Virus record (IMG/VR): IMGVR_UViG_3300050821_024084
Span: 37,022-101,021 of that record
DNA length: 64,000 nucleotides
Strand: one strand, 5' to 3'
Source: a virus
The position numbers were made by a program, and so were the translations under genes. Every line of letters starts with the position of its first letter. The first letter of the stretch is position 1. Below the pieces are notes generated by a model, which did no database searches, was not told the origin of the DNA, and saw nothing but the letters and a program-made list of their open reading frames with translations. Of the stretch, positions 45,354-56,492 are shown in pieces.

Positions 45354-45713
45354 ATGGCAATCGAGCGCCTGGAGCTGCCGTCCGGGAACTGGATCGAGTA
45401 CCGGTCCGATCTCAAGGCGAAAGACAAGTTCGCGACGCAGGACGCGATCGAGATCACGGTCGGGGAGAACGGCCTCCAGAATATGCGCGGCGGTTTCGCG
45501 AACCGGCTCCGCAATGCCCTGCTGATGCAGCTGATCACCGCCTGGTCGTTTGAGGGCGTCCCGATCCCGTCCGTCAACCTGGCCGGGGCGGACACGGTCG
45601 GCGACGTGCTGGATCTCGATGACTACAACGTCCTGACCGAGGCGGTCGCCCCGCTGCTGATGAAAGTCGCCGGAACGGGTGATTCCCCAAACCGCAAGAC
45701 GTCCGAGCGCTGA
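45354..45713 (+). CDS. Tail assembly chaperone (gpG)
   Basis: ITAWSF motif; position. Confidence 0.8.
   Translation: MAIERLELPSGNWIEYRSDLKAKDKFATQDAIEITVGENGLQNMRGGFANRLRNALLMQLITAWSFEGVPIPSVNLAGADTVGDVLDLDDYNVLTEAVAPLLMKVAGTGDSPNRKTSER
45686..45692 (+). other. -1 programmed frameshift site C CCA AAC giving a gpGT fusion ending at 45967
   Basis: XXXYYYZ heptamer in the correct phase; -1 frame stays open into YGWTPEQV ORF 45761..45967. Confidence 0.8.
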
Positions 45714-45954
45714 CGACGGTCTTCTTCTCGCACGGGAAGAAGGGCTCGCTGCCGCCGGGCATGCCGGTGCAGATGCTCACCTACCGCTGGTGGGCGAAGA
45801 TGTACGGCTGGACGCCGGAGCAGGTCGCGGAGCTCTCGCTGGAGATCTGCGAGTGGTTCCCGGCCATCGAGGAAGCTGAGCACGAGGCTGGCCAGATGCG
45901 ACAGCGGATGCAGCAGCGCTCTGCTGCTCCGCCCGGGAAGGGAGGCGGTCCGGC

Positions 45955-46437
45955 ATGGCGGGCATAGCAGCCACTATCGGCATCCTGGAAGGCATTGAGT
46001 TCCGGACCATCAAGACTGTCCCGGAGGTTGCCCGCGCGATGGGTGACACGTACCGGGATCATCTTCAGAATGTCACGCTGCGACGGACCGCGCACGGGAT
46101 GTACACCTACACGCCGTCTCCGCCCGGAGCGCCGCCGTCGTTCGTGTCAGGTGAGCTGGCCTACTCGATCACCGTCACTGTCAGCCCCGGCTGGCCGCGC
46201 GCCAGCTCCGAGGTCGCGCCGCACACCGTCTACGCGGCGATCCAGGAATTCGGCGGGGACACCTGGCCGGATCACTCTAAGTTCATGCGCTGGTTCATGG
46301 AGGGGCAGTACTGGTACAAGAAGATCGTGCATCTTCCGGAGCGGCCCTACATGCGGCCTGCGCTGGAGGAAGTGATCGCCAGCGGTGAGCTTCAGGATGC
46401 AGCAGTGACCGCGTTCCGTGAGGGGATGGGGATGTAG
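45955..46437 (+). CDS. HK97 gp10-like tail completion protein
   Basis: SPPGAPP..SGEL..SI, YAAIQEFGG, PERPYMRPA. Confidence 0.75.
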   Translation: MAGIAATIGILEGIEFRTIKTVPEVARAMGDTYRDHLQNVTLRRTAHGMYTYTPSPPGAPPSFVSGELAYSITVTVSPGWPRASSEVAPHTVYAAIQEFGGDTWPDHSKFMRWFMEGQYWYKKIVHLPERPYMRPALEEVIASGELQDAAVTAFREGMGM

Positions 46438-49400
46438 ATGCCTGACTTGCCGGAGGTGGAGCAGACTTTTGTCGCTGACGTCACTCAGTATCTGGCTGGC
46501 CTTCAGGCGATGATCCAGGAGGGCCGCGAGTTCATCGAGATGACCGAGGAAGAGGTCGTTGTAGTCGAGGAACTCCAGCACGCTATCGATGACCTGGAGA
46601 GCAAGGTCGTCGTCATCGACCTGGAAGTGCGCGGCACGGACCCGGGAGACTGGTCGACGGAGGCGCTAGCGACGCAGGTTGTCGACTGGGGGAGATTTAC
46701 TGAGGAGCAGCTTGACCTGCTCCAGTACCATATGGATGCCGCACGGCAGGCGATGGCGAGTCTGGGCGAAGAAGCCGAGCAGACCGGGAGTGATCTCGAT
46801 GTTCTCGGCATGCAAGCGCAGGTAGCGTCCCGCAACTGGGGCGAGCTGACCGAGACGCAGTTCGCCTGGGCGAAGGGAGCTGTCGCTGATCAGCTGGCTG
46901 CTGCTGCCCTGGCGGAAGAGCTCACGGGAATGGCACCGAGCGCGGAGCGTTTCGGCGCGGGGCTGGACTATATCTACTCAGAGGCGCAGAAGCTCGACTT
47001 CGGCCTGCGCGTGCTGTCCGACGAGGCTGGCCCGGTCGGGGAGACATTCAGCATATGGTATCTCGGCAGCCTGGACGCAGCTGCTGCCACCCGGCAGGCG
47101 GGTCAGGCGGCTGACAATGCCGGACACCAGTTCCGCATCTGGGGGACAGGCATCACGTTCAGCAGCTACGCGCTGCACTGGATGATCGCCGGCTCGATCG
47201 AGTTCCTGGCTGTCGCCGTTCCCGCGCTTGTCGCCTTCGGGTCGGCTGCGATGGTCGCCGCTCAGGCGGCTACCTGGATGGGTGACCAGCTGGAGGGCAC
47301 CTACACCGCCACCGAGGCAACATCCTCCATGATCGGGGAGACCACCGGGCAGGTGTACGGGCTCAAGTCTGCGCTCCAGCAGGCGCAGAACGCCTCGGAC
47401 CCGCAGGTCTACGAGCTGCTCGGCGCGTCTGTTAACTTCGCGAAGACGTCATTCGGCGGGTTCTGGACCTCGGGCTCGCAGGTCATCGACATGATGGACC
47501 GGCTCGGTGCTGAGATCGATATCGACATGCAGTCCGCGTTCGGGGCGACGGCGCAGGGACTGCTCAGTCACATGGTGGCGGATCTCACGGCGCTCGGGGA
47601 GGTGTTCGGCAACCTGGGGCATGCGATCCTCCAGCTGGCGGGCGACATGCCCGGCCTGGCCGAGGTCATCCTCGGGGTTCTCGCGGGCCTGTCGAAGCTG
47701 CTGGAAATCCTGGTCAACTTCTTCTCGATGGTCCAGATCGGCGGGGTCAGCATCATCACCTTCGCAATGGCGCTGGAAGAGGCCGGGCGCTGGGGTGGCC
47801 TGCTGCTGAACATGTTCGACGGGCTCGTGTCGGGAATCGGCGGTCTCATCACCAAGGTCGGCCTCGGTGTCGCGGAAATGACCGAATTCGAGGGAGCGGG
47901 CATGGCCGTCGGGGAGGCGATGGTCGGCGCGGGCGGTGCGGTTGAGAAGCTCGGCGCGTCCATGACTGAGGCCGGGGCGATGACCAAGACGCTCGGCGGC
48001 ACGTTCAAGATGCTTTTCACGACCGGCTGGGGCTGGGCGATCATCGGAGCAGTCACGCTCGGCATCCTGGTCGAGAAGATGCTGGACACCGGGGACGCAG
48101 CCGAGCAGATGGCCTCCGAGATGGAGAATGCCATCGGCAAGGCCAGTGTCACGCAGGGTCTCACCGATATCCTCCAGGATCTCCCGAAACTCCAGCAGTC
48201 GCTCGTCGCGCCTGTCGAGGCTCTGAAGCAGCTCTCGGACGCGACGAACTCGGCTGGAGCCAGTCTGGAGAAGCAGCACGGCGAGACGACGTCCGCTGTT
48301 GACTCGCTGAACCAGCTCGCCCTGGCGGGTGTCAACGCCGACATGCACGAGGGAGCACTGCGCAACACGACTGAGACTCTGACAACTGCGCAGAATAAGC
48401 TTATCAACCAGTTCGCCGACGCGATGACCATGACGCAGAAGTTCAACGGGGTGACGTACAGTCTCGCAGATACACTCGGGCTGGCGTCGGCAGCCGGCCT
48501 GAATCTCAATACCATGTTCAATAAGCAGGGCCAGATCACGGAGGTCGCGCGGCAGCAGATCCTGAATCTGATCCAGGGCTACCAGAACATGGCGCAGACG
48601 GGCAGCACCCTGGGGAATGACATCAATGCGGTCACGGTGCAGCTCATGGAACAGCAGACCAAGGTCCAGGGGCTGAATCAGGCATGGGATAGCTTCATGA
48701 CCGGCGTGACCGGCGGCACGAACTCGCTGGCGACCCTGAACAGCGACCTGATCACCATGGGCAACGTCACTACCAATGCGACCAGCAAGATCACGGCATA
48801 CGCTCAGCAGCAGCAGGGCCTGTCCTTGTCCACCGGTCAGATCGCGCAGGCGCTCAAGAGCTTCAGCGGCACGAGTGCCCAGGTCTGGCAGAACTATGAC
48901 GCTTCCCTGACTCAGGCTGAGCAGGTGACGGACTGGCTGCGGACCGCAGCATCCGAGGGCATGGTCACGAACACGCAGTACAGCGAGTCTGTCAAGGGCG
49001 TCGTAGCGGAACTGCTGCCGTACGCCAAGAGCAGCTCGACAGCCGTCTCGGAGCTGTCCGCTCTCGCGCAGGAGGCAGGCGGCCCGGCGACGGCGAACTA
49101 CAAGACGCTCAAGGACTGGGTAGGCAACACCAAGACAGCGCAAGATGCCTTGAATGATACTGTCAAGACTGCTACCGGGCTGATGGCCAACCTCGCGAAT
49201 GTAGCAGCGAATCTGTCGTCCACGCTGGACAGCACGGTTGACAGCGCTCTCGCGCAGGGCACGGTCAACATCAAGGGCATCGCTAATGCGACGCAGGCGT
49301 TCTCACAGGATCTCCGGACTAACGGCATCAATGCGAGCTCGACTAAGGGAGCTATCGCATCGCTGGCGAATCAGCTGCATGCCTCAGGGGAGAACGCGCA

Positions 49401-49977
49401 GACTACGGCACAGATCATCTATGCGCTGACCCTGCGGCTGACGGGAAATGCCAAGGAGGCTCAGGCAGCAGCCGACGAAGTGCTTTTCCTGGCGAGGTCC
49501 TGGAATCAGGTCCCGGCGAACAAATCCACCACGTACGATATCTACACCAACAATATCGTGACTAACAGCACGAGGACCACGGTCGGAGGGGGGCCGGCTC
49601 CGCGCATGGCGCGCGGCGGCCTGGTACCCGGTCAGGGACGCGGCGATACCGTCCCGGCGATGCTGGAACCGGGCGAGGCAGTCGTCCCCCGGCATCTGGT
49701 GCCGTCTGTCGCGCCGTACCTGCGATCCCGGGGCGTCCCGGGGTTTGCGACCGGCACGACGAGCGTTCCCCCGATGTTCTGGGGCGGGGGCGGCGTGGAC
49801 GAGTACCCGATCGGGGTCGGCCATGAGGGCAGGCCGCTGCACATCCACCTGGAGATGGACGGACGGTCCCTGGCGGATGCGGTGGTCCCTGCGATGGTCG
49901 GCGCGACGGCCCGGTATAATATCCGTAACTCAGGCCGGGTGACAGGCGTTCTCCGGCCTGCTACCGGAAGGTCGTAG
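46438..49977 (+). CDS. Tape measure protein
   Basis: 1179 aa Ala/Gly helical; C-terminal GGLVPG.G.GDTVPAML.PGEAV. Confidence 0.9.
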   Translation: MPDLPEVEQTFVADVTQYLAGLQAMIQEGREFIEMTEEEVVVVEELQHAIDDLESKVVVIDLEVRGTDPGDWSTEALATQVVDWGRFTEEQLDLLQYHMDAARQAMASLGEEAEQTGSDLDVLGMQAQVASRNWGELTETQFAWAKGAVADQLAAAALAEELTGMAPSAERFGAGLDYIYSEAQKLDFGLRVLSDEAGPVGETFSIWYLGSLDAAAATRQAGQAADNAGHQFRIWGTGITFSSYALHWMIAGSIEFLAVAVPALVAFGSAAMVAAQAATWMGDQLEGTYTATEATSSMIGETTGQVYGLKSALQQAQNASDPQVYELLGASVNFAKTSFGGFWTSGSQVIDMMDRLGAEIDIDMQSAFGATAQGLLSHMVADLTALGEVFGNLGHAILQLAGDMPGLAEVILGVLAGLSKLLEILVNFFSMVQIGGVSIITFAMALEEAGRWGGLLLNMFDGLVSGIGGLITKVGLGVAEMTEFEGAGMAVGEAMVGAGGAVEKLGASMTEAGAMTKTLGGTFKMLFTTGWGWAIIGAVTLGILVEKMLDTGDAAEQMASEMENAIGKASVTQGLTDILQDLPKLQQSLVAPVEALKQLSDATNSAGASLEKQHGETTSAVDSLNQLALAGVNADMHEGALRNTTETLTTAQNKLINQFADAMTMTQKFNGVTYSLADTLGLASAAGLNLNTMFNKQGQITEVARQQILNLIQGYQNMAQTGSTLGNDINAVTVQLMEQQTKVQGLNQAWDSFMTGVTGGTNSLATLNSDLITMGNVTTNATSKITAYAQQQQGLSLSTGQIAQALKSFSGTSAQVWQNYDASLTQAEQVTDWLRTAASEGMVTNTQYSESVKGVVAELLPYAKSSSTAVSELSALAQEAGGPATANYKTLKDWVGNTKTAQDALNDTVKTATGLMANLANVAANLSSTLDSTVDSALAQGTVNIKGIANATQAFSQDLRTNGINASSTKGAIASLANQLHASGENAQTTAQIIYALTLRLTGNAKEAQAAADEVLFLARSWNQVPANKSTTYDIYTNNIVTNSTRTTVGGGPAPRMARGGLVPGQGRGDTVPAMLEPGEAVVPRHLVPSVAPYLRSRGVPGFATGTTSVPPMFWGGGGVDEYPIGVGHEGRPLHIHLEMDGRSLADAVVPAMVGATARYNIRNSGRVTGVLRPATGRS

Positions 49978-52900
49978 ATGGCCGCTATCGTCCAGCAGAT
50001 CACAGGTGCTGTCTCTCCCGATTACGGCATTGCCACGGGGACGATGGCAACAGCAGAGTACAACTCGATTGTAGCTTTCGCCTCCTGGAACACGGCGGGT
50101 GTCGGCGGCACGTCTGTCAATATCCCGGCGGTGAATGTCACCGACAGCGCGGGCAACTGCTGGCGGCAGATCGGTATCAGCACTGCGCTTACGCCGGGGG
50201 GCGTGCGATGCGCGGTCTGGGCTACGCTCAACGCGCGCCCGGTGACGTGGGTGTCTGTCTCGCTGACGGGCTGGGGAGCGGCGACTGCCTATACTATAGC
50301 GGAGATCTCCGGGCTGCCGCAAGCCCTGGCCCTGGATTTCGCGGTCAGCTACGCGGGAGGGATATTCAACGGGACAGCGATCTCGGTGACAGGCATCGCC
50401 TCGACGGCGGATATCGGATTCGCGGTCGTGGGCGCAGATATCAATCCCCTCGGGGGGACAACCGTGAGCACGCCGTCCGGGTGGACGGCACTGGCAACGG
50501 CGGCGACTGTACCGGGCGGGGCCGGCACTGCTGTCGCGCATGCCTACTGGAATACGGCTGTTGCAGCGGGTACTGCCACAGTATCGTGGGTGTTCTCCAA
50601 CGGGCTTAATTTCACGAATCAGGCTGCTGTCTACTGCGGGATCAGCGCGAGCGCGTCCCCTCCGCAGCAAGAGAACCGGAACTTCCCCCTGATCATTGCC
50701 GAGAATGCGTTCGGTGCGACACCCGGCGACACCCGGGCGTCGGTCGATTACACGTTCGATAACAACTACGTCCGGTGGCAGGATATCAGCAGCCGGGTGA
50801 TCGGCGCGGATATCGGGGGACGCATCTCTGATTCGCGCGGGCGGGAGTATGAGCTTCAGCAGGAAGAATCCGGCGAGCTGACCGTTCACCTGAACAACGT
50901 GGACGGCGCGTTCATCCCGGGGAATGCCGCGAGCCCGTACTACAGCAGCGCGCTGAACGGGAACATGAGCTTCGAGACGGGAACGGGCGGCTGGACCGCC
51001 TCGAACGGCGCGGTCACTGCGAGCACTGCCTACGCGTTCTCCGGCACGCAGTCTGCGCAGCTGACCCCGTCCGGCGGCACCATGCAGGCGTACATCAGCT
51101 CGACAGTTATGACTGTCAACCCGAACTACCCGCTGTCCGCTTCAGCTCAGCTCTACACGCCAAACCCGGTGTTCTACGATTCCCTGATCCCGGTGAGCTC
51201 CCCGTCCGGCTGGTGGAAGCTCGCGGATGCTGCCGGGTCACGCGTTGCTGCTGACTCGTCGGGCAATCTGCATAACGCGGTGGCCGGGACAAACGTGACA
51301 TTCGGGTACTCCAGCCTGGCTGTCACGGGTGACACTTCGACGCTCTTCGGCGGATCGGCTGCATCCGCCGGACTGCTGACCAACTGGAAGCCCGTGCTGA
51401 CTCCGGTTACTGTCGAAGCCTGGGTCAACCGGCTGACGATAAACCAGACAGGGAGCCCGCGTATCATCTGCGCCGGGCACACGGACGCGGATTTCACGGG
51501 GTTCGAGCTCTACCTGAACGGCGGCACGCAGCCACGTCTCGTCTTCGGGAACGGAGCAACGGCTGTCACGGTATCGTCGTCGGGCACGGTGCCGAATGCC
51601 GGCTGGACGTACCTGGCAGGCACGTGGAACGGCACGACTGCTACCCTGTACCAGAACGGGGTGAGCGTCGGTACCGGCACCCTGAGCGGGACCATGGCAA
51701 CGCCGGCAGCCCCGGTATCCGTCGGCTACGATGCTGCATACAACGGCGACTACTTCAACGGGGCGATCGCGCAGTGTGCTCTGTACCCCGCAGCGCTGGC
51801 GGCAACCGCGATCACTGCTCATTACGCTGCCGGACCGCTGAATGCTGCCGCGAACATTGACTGGTACAATGCGAGCAACACGTATCTCAGCTCAACGTCG
51901 GGTACCGCGATCCAGGTCCCGGCCGGGACCTGGACGCAGGCAGTCAACCTGGGTGGCTCCGCTCCTGCCGGGGCTGCCGGAGCCCGGATCAGCGTTGTTC
52001 TCGGGGGGACGCCGAGCACGTCAGATGTCCTCTACATCGATGAGGCTGCGCTTGTCTACGGGACGGCAGCTGTCGCGACGAATCTCGTCACGCTGGAGGT
52101 ACCCGCCCGGACGACCGCCTGGTGGAACGGGCGTCAGTACCCGCTGTGGAGCGGATACGCGGAACGCTGGCCGCTGCACTGGCAGGAGCTGCCGCAGTGG
52201 GGATTCGCCGAGATGAAAGCGACGGACGCGATCGCTGTCACGTCCATCGGCGAGATGCTGTCTGCCCTGGACGGCGAGGTTCTCATCGACAATCCGTACG
52301 CCTACCTGCCGTGCAAGGAGCAGTACACGGACGCGTTCACCGGGGCGACGACTGCGCAGCCGTTCCTGTTCGGGACCAGCCCGTACTACGCTCCGGCCGA
52401 TGCCAACGGGCTGATCGCCATCAACAAGGCTCCGGAGAATCAGGTGACCGGCACCTACGGCGACGGGCTGGGCGGTCAGGTATCAACGGGCCTGGACATC
52501 AGCTTCATGGGTGATAGCGGCACCGGGATGGGCACCGACTCGTACGGCAGCGCCACGACGGGGACGCAGGGTCCCCGGATGACATACGCGGATCCCGGCA
52601 TGGCGGCAGTGACATTCATCCCGTCAGAGGGGCCGGGAGGATTCTGCGCGGAGTTCTGGTTCGTGTACGGGGGAACGGCGAGCTCCTGCGACCTGCTCGG
52701 CCTCTACGGAGGCCCGTCCGCTTTTCTCGCGACGGAAGCTGTTGCTATCGGTTCGAGACCCATGAACGGCAATTTCATTCAGATAATGGCGTACCTTAAT
52801 GGCCTCTTCGATGTCACGAGCTTCGGCACGGATGTTCTCAACGGGTACATCAGCAACGGAGGATCTGCACCGCAGCACGTCGTCATCAACTGGAATAACA

Positions 52901-54396
52901 GCTTCCCGGAGATCTATGTCAACGGCGTCTCAAGCGGGATCCCGACTGCCGCTTCCGGTTCCGGTCTTGGGGCCGTCGTGCTCGGCGCGGGACGATATGC
53001 GTACGATCTCGATAACGCGACTCCGCTGCTCTACGGCGTCCAGAACTATGTTGCCGGGCATCTTGCGGTCTACCCCTATCAGCTCTCACCGCAGCGCATC
53101 GTGTCACACTACAACACCGGGCTGAACGGCGCAGCCGGGCTGACCGCCGGGCAGGTCTTCGCGCAGATCCTGACCTGGGCCGGGTTCGGGCTCAGGCGCG
53201 GCGGCTTCCTGTGGTCGTCAGCAACCGGGAACCCTGAGGTGACACAGATCGGCCCGGCATACAACCTGGAGGGCGCGTCTGCTGCGAGCAACCTGTACGC
53301 GCTCCAGCAGTCGGAAGGCGGCCTGATGAACGTCCAGGCGAACGGAAGTCTCGTCTACCTGGAACGCTGGGCGACGTACAATGTCCCGGTCAGCGACTAC
53401 CTGGGAGATAACGCCACCTCGGACTCGATCCTGCTGAACGCGAATTCGTCATTCGCCGGCAACATCTCATCGTACAGCGCGGTAAACGGGACGATCAGCT
53501 TTGTCACGAGCCCGGCGTACGGTCCGGGGGCTGCCGGCTCGTGCCTGCTGTCTCCGGCAGGCACAGCCGCCGTTGCGAGTGTCAACAGCAGTAAGTTCCC
53601 GGTCAGCGGGGGCGGGACCTACACGGCCGGGGCATGGGTCTACTCCCCCGCAGGCTATTCTAGCATATTCGTCGGCTGCGACTGGTATAACGGTGCCACG
53701 TTCCTGTCGAGCAGCAGCAGCACCTTCAGCGTCGCGTCAGCGTCCTGGTCCTACTTCGAGGCAGGCGATGGCGCACCGCTGACCGCAACGCAGGCCGTGC
53801 TCCGGGTAGGAGAGACAGGCAGCCCCGGGACCGCGAATACGCTGAACGTCGCCTGGGCTGCTGCGATTCCGCGCAGCACGGAGATCCCTGTCCTGGGTGA
53901 CGCAGAATTCGATTTCGACAACACGTATATCTACAATGAGGCTATCGTCACCCAGGAGGACGGGCCGAATCAGCTGTTCACCGTTGACGACCGGGACATC
54001 CCGTCTCAGAACGCGCTCTTCAGGCGGACCGCACTGAACATCACGGCTAACGTGGTCAGCCCGTATGACGTAGCCGACAACGCCACCTGGCAGCTCGCGA
54101 CGTTCGGGGAGCCGGAGCTGCACGTGGCGGCGATTACTATCGACGTGGCGTCCAATCCGTCAGTACTCAAGCGCGTCCTCAGCCTGGATATCGGTGATGT
54201 CGTCACGTATACGCGCCGTCCGCTCGGCTCGCAGCCGCTGACGACCTCCGGGATGATCCAGCGAATCTCCCATGACATCGGCCCGGGGTACTTCCGGGTG
54301 AAGCTCCAGGTCTCGCCGGGCGGTCCTGCGCAGAACGTCCTGGCAGCGGATGTTCCCGGGTATGACACGTCTGCGACGACGGAACTGGGGTGGTAG
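49978..54396 (+). CDS. Minor tail protein with LamG and carbohydrate-binding domains
   Basis: RGR.YEL...ESG.L...LNN.DG; LamG TVEAWV...W.YLAGTW. Confidence 0.8.
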   Translation: MAAIVQQITGAVSPDYGIATGTMATAEYNSIVAFASWNTAGVGGTSVNIPAVNVTDSAGNCWRQIGISTALTPGGVRCAVWATLNARPVTWVSVSLTGWGAATAYTIAEISGLPQALALDFAVSYAGGIFNGTAISVTGIASTADIGFAVVGADINPLGGTTVSTPSGWTALATAATVPGGAGTAVAHAYWNTAVAAGTATVSWVFSNGLNFTNQAAVYCGISASASPPQQENRNFPLIIAENAFGATPGDTRASVDYTFDNNYVRWQDISSRVIGADIGGRISDSRGREYELQQEESGELTVHLNNVDGAFIPGNAASPYYSSALNGNMSFETGTGGWTASNGAVTASTAYAFSGTQSAQLTPSGGTMQAYISSTVMTVNPNYPLSASAQLYTPNPVFYDSLIPVSSPSGWWKLADAAGSRVAADSSGNLHNAVAGTNVTFGYSSLAVTGDTSTLFGGSAASAGLLTNWKPVLTPVTVEAWVNRLTINQTGSPRIICAGHTDADFTGFELYLNGGTQPRLVFGNGATAVTVSSSGTVPNAGWTYLAGTWNGTTATLYQNGVSVGTGTLSGTMATPAAPVSVGYDAAYNGDYFNGAIAQCALYPAALAATAITAHYAAGPLNAAANIDWYNASNTYLSSTSGTAIQVPAGTWTQAVNLGGSAPAGAAGARISVVLGGTPSTSDVLYIDEAALVYGTAAVATNLVTLEVPARTTAWWNGRQYPLWSGYAERWPLHWQELPQWGFAEMKATDAIAVTSIGEMLSALDGEVLIDNPYAYLPCKEQYTDAFTGATTAQPFLFGTSPYYAPADANGLIAINKAPENQVTGTYGDGLGGQVSTGLDISFMGDSGTGMGTDSYGSATTGTQGPRMTYADPGMAAVTFIPSEGPGGFCAEFWFVYGGTASSCDLLGLYGGPSAFLATEAVAIGSRPMNGNFIQIMAYLNGLFDVTSFGTDVLNGYISNGGSAPQHVVINWNNSFPEIYVNGVSSGIPTAASGSGLGAVVLGAGRYAYDLDNATPLLYGVQNYVAGHLAVYPYQLSPQRIVSHYNTGLNGAAGLTAGQVFAQILTWAGFGLRRGGFLWSSATGNPEVTQIGPAYNLEGASAASNLYALQQSEGGLMNVQANGSLVYLERWATYNVPVSDYLGDNATSDSILLNANSSFAGNISSYSAVNGTISFVTSPAYGPGAAGSCLLSPAGTAAVASVNSSKFPVSGGGTYTAGAWVYSPAGYSSIFVGCDWYNGATFLSSSSSTFSVASASWSYFEAGDGAPLTATQAVLRVGETGSPGTANTLNVAWAAAIPRSTEIPVLGDAEFDFDNTYIYNEAIVTQEDGPNQLFTVDDRDIPSQNALFRRTALNITANVVSPYDVADNATWQLATFGEPELHVAAITIDVASNPSVLKRVLSLDIGDVVTYTRRPLGSQPLTTSGMIQRISHDIGPGYFRVKLQVSPGGPAQNVLAADVPGYDTSATTELGW

Positions 54397-54399
54397 AAG

Positions 54400-56214
54400 A
54401 TGCCTACGCCTCCGGGTACCTTCTCTACCGGGCCGGTGAGCCCGCAGCAGCTCAACGCGGACATGTACTCCTACGACGGAACCGGGTTCGGGCGCAACGG
54501 CGTGGAGTGGCATTCCCGCAAGCCGGTCCTGCTGGATGTCATCCTCGCGCCGGTCACGCCGCCGTCCTTCAACTCCTCGACCGCCGGGACCTGGAGCAAC
54601 ATGACCACAGTCGGCGGATACAACGTGCTGGACAACTCGGTTTTCAGCGGACTCGGATCGGACTACCCGGGCAGCTACAGTGATATCCAGCTCGTCCCGC
54701 AGGCCATCAGCGGGGCCGGATCGCGGGGAACGTACGGAGGCTGGTACCTGTCGTTCATCAGCGTGGCGCTGACGGCGGCCAGTGCCTCGACCGCTGCGAT
54801 GGGGGCCGGTGTCTATCATGGCGGGACGTTCATCGCGCCCGGGACAGTCCAGCGTCAGTTCAGTTCCGATCCCGGTGTTGCGATATATCTCGACCTCGTG
54901 AACGTGGGGGGGAACACCAGCGGGTGGACCGGCGGCATCCTGGTCGCGCAGGAGGCTGTCATAGCGAAGATGCCGCTATACGTCGTGGACAACAACGATA
55001 ATTCCGGGAAGCAGTCTCGCTTCGAGTGGGTCTGGGCGGCTGTCTCAACGGGGGGCGGAACGGTCGGGTCAGTGCCGGCTCCGGTGACGAACTGGGGGAC
55101 CGTGACATCCGCGAATCTGAATTCCGGGGTGCAGAACTGCTTCACTTTCCTGAATAACCCTCCGTTCCTGCGCGCTGAGCAGGCGCTCCAGACAAGCACC
55201 ACCAGCGGGGTGGCAACGGAGATCGTGTGGGGCACTGCCGCCGCCATCACCGATAACTACGGCGGCTACAGCACCTCGACGGGGAAATACACCGTGCCGC
55301 TATCCGGCCTGTACCTGGCATTCCCGACGCTTTCCTACGGCAGCCCGACGAACAACGGCACGCGCACGGTCGGGGTCGCTGTCAACGGTACTTCCACGAC
55401 GTGCTATGGCGGCAACATGGCGGGGATCGGCCTGGCCCTGCCGACCTGCGTCACCCAGGTGTCTGTCCTTGATCTCAGTGCGGGTGACACGGTTGCCGTG
55501 AACGCGCTCCAGGATTCAGGTGGCGCTATCACGCTGGGGGGCGGATTCACGCTCGGCGGCAAGAGCCGGTTTGATCTGCTGTACCTCTGCCCGCTGACTC
55601 CGGCCGGACAGCTCCTGAGCTACAGCCCGCCGGTCCTCGGGTACCGCTGGCAGGCAGGGATGGCGTCCGGCACTGCGCTGACCGCGCTGCTGAACGCGCA
55701 TCTGGGCAGCGACCTGGAGTTCCTCATCAACCGGCCGTATTTCACCGGAGTGCAGAACGTCGCGCAGACGGGCCTCAGCAACGGTCTTCCGTACCGCATC
55801 ACGATTGACACTCCCGGCGGGATCATTCACGGCTCAAACGGAGACAATTACGGCGGGTGGAGTACTGCGAACAGCTGGTATGTCGCTCCAGTCGCCGGGT
55901 GGTACCTGGTATTCTTCACCGGCTGGGCGACGCCGCCCACGACGACATCCGGCTCGCTGAGTGCCGCTATCGTCGCCCCGACCAGCGGCGGTCTTCCGCC
56001 CGCGACTGCTCCTGACTACTATCATGAACATTTTTACCCGAATACGACTGATCATCCAGCGGCTACGGCAGTCGGCCTGTATTACCTCCTGGAAGGGGAG
56101 TACATCTACCCGGAGCTCGGGGTCAGCAACTGGCTGACCTCAGGTACGTGGGGGACTTATGTCAGCTCCACGGTGTACCGGTCACAGTTCACCGTCATCT
56201 GGGTAAGCGAGTAG
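54400..56214 (+). CDS. Tail fibre/receptor-binding protein (C1q-like repeats)
   Basis: YTVPLSGLY and YVAPVAGWY repeats. Confidence 0.7.
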   Translation: MPTPPGTFSTGPVSPQQLNADMYSYDGTGFGRNGVEWHSRKPVLLDVILAPVTPPSFNSSTAGTWSNMTTVGGYNVLDNSVFSGLGSDYPGSYSDIQLVPQAISGAGSRGTYGGWYLSFISVALTAASASTAAMGAGVYHGGTFIAPGTVQRQFSSDPGVAIYLDLVNVGGNTSGWTGGILVAQEAVIAKMPLYVVDNNDNSGKQSRFEWVWAAVSTGGGTVGSVPAPVTNWGTVTSANLNSGVQNCFTFLNNPPFLRAEQALQTSTTSGVATEIVWGTAAAITDNYGGYSTSTGKYTVPLSGLYLAFPTLSYGSPTNNGTRTVGVAVNGTSTTCYGGNMAGIGLALPTCVTQVSVLDLSAGDTVAVNALQDSGGAITLGGGFTLGGKSRFDLLYLCPLTPAGQLLSYSPPVLGYRWQAGMASGTALTALLNAHLGSDLEFLINRPYFTGVQNVAQTGLSNGLPYRITIDTPGGIIHGSNGDNYGGWSTANSWYVAPVAGWYLVFFTGWATPPTTTSGSLSAAIVAPTSGGLPPATAPDYYHEHFYPNTTDHPAATAVGLYYLLEGEYIYPELGVSNWLTSGTWGTYVSSTVYRSQFTVIWVSE

Positions 56215-56240
56215 CAGCCGCCCGCGAGCAGGAGGGTCTT

Positions 56241-56492
56241 ATGGAAAGATCCGCAGGCCATTCTTTCATACTTCCTGTTGTTATCGTCATCGTCAGTTTC
56301 CTGCTGTTCGCCGGAGGGACGGCCGCTTACACCACCTGGTCTGTCAGTAACTCTCAGCATAACTGGTGCAACACCATTGATCTCCTGCTTGCAGCTCCTG
56401 CTCCTAAAGCAGCCCCGGATAATCCCTCCCGCAACTACGATGCTAAGCTTGCGACGGACTTCCGGGTGCTGAAGGAGAGACTCGGATGCTGA
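56241..56492 (+). CDS. Membrane protein (lysis region)
   Basis: N-terminal TM; AGGAGG RBS. Confidence 0.6.
   Translation: MERSAGHSFILPVVIVIVSFLLFAGGTAAYTTWSVSNSQHNWCNTIDLLLAAPAPKAAPDNPSRNYDAKLATDFRVLKERLGC

Noticed and set aside
47449-49143. 564-aa minus-strand ORF inside the tape measure gene, and similar ones at 25969..27924 and 9344..10630
   Set aside because: Antisense shadow ORFs typical of GC-biased codon usage, with no motifs, unlike the HNH and LAGLIDADG cases.
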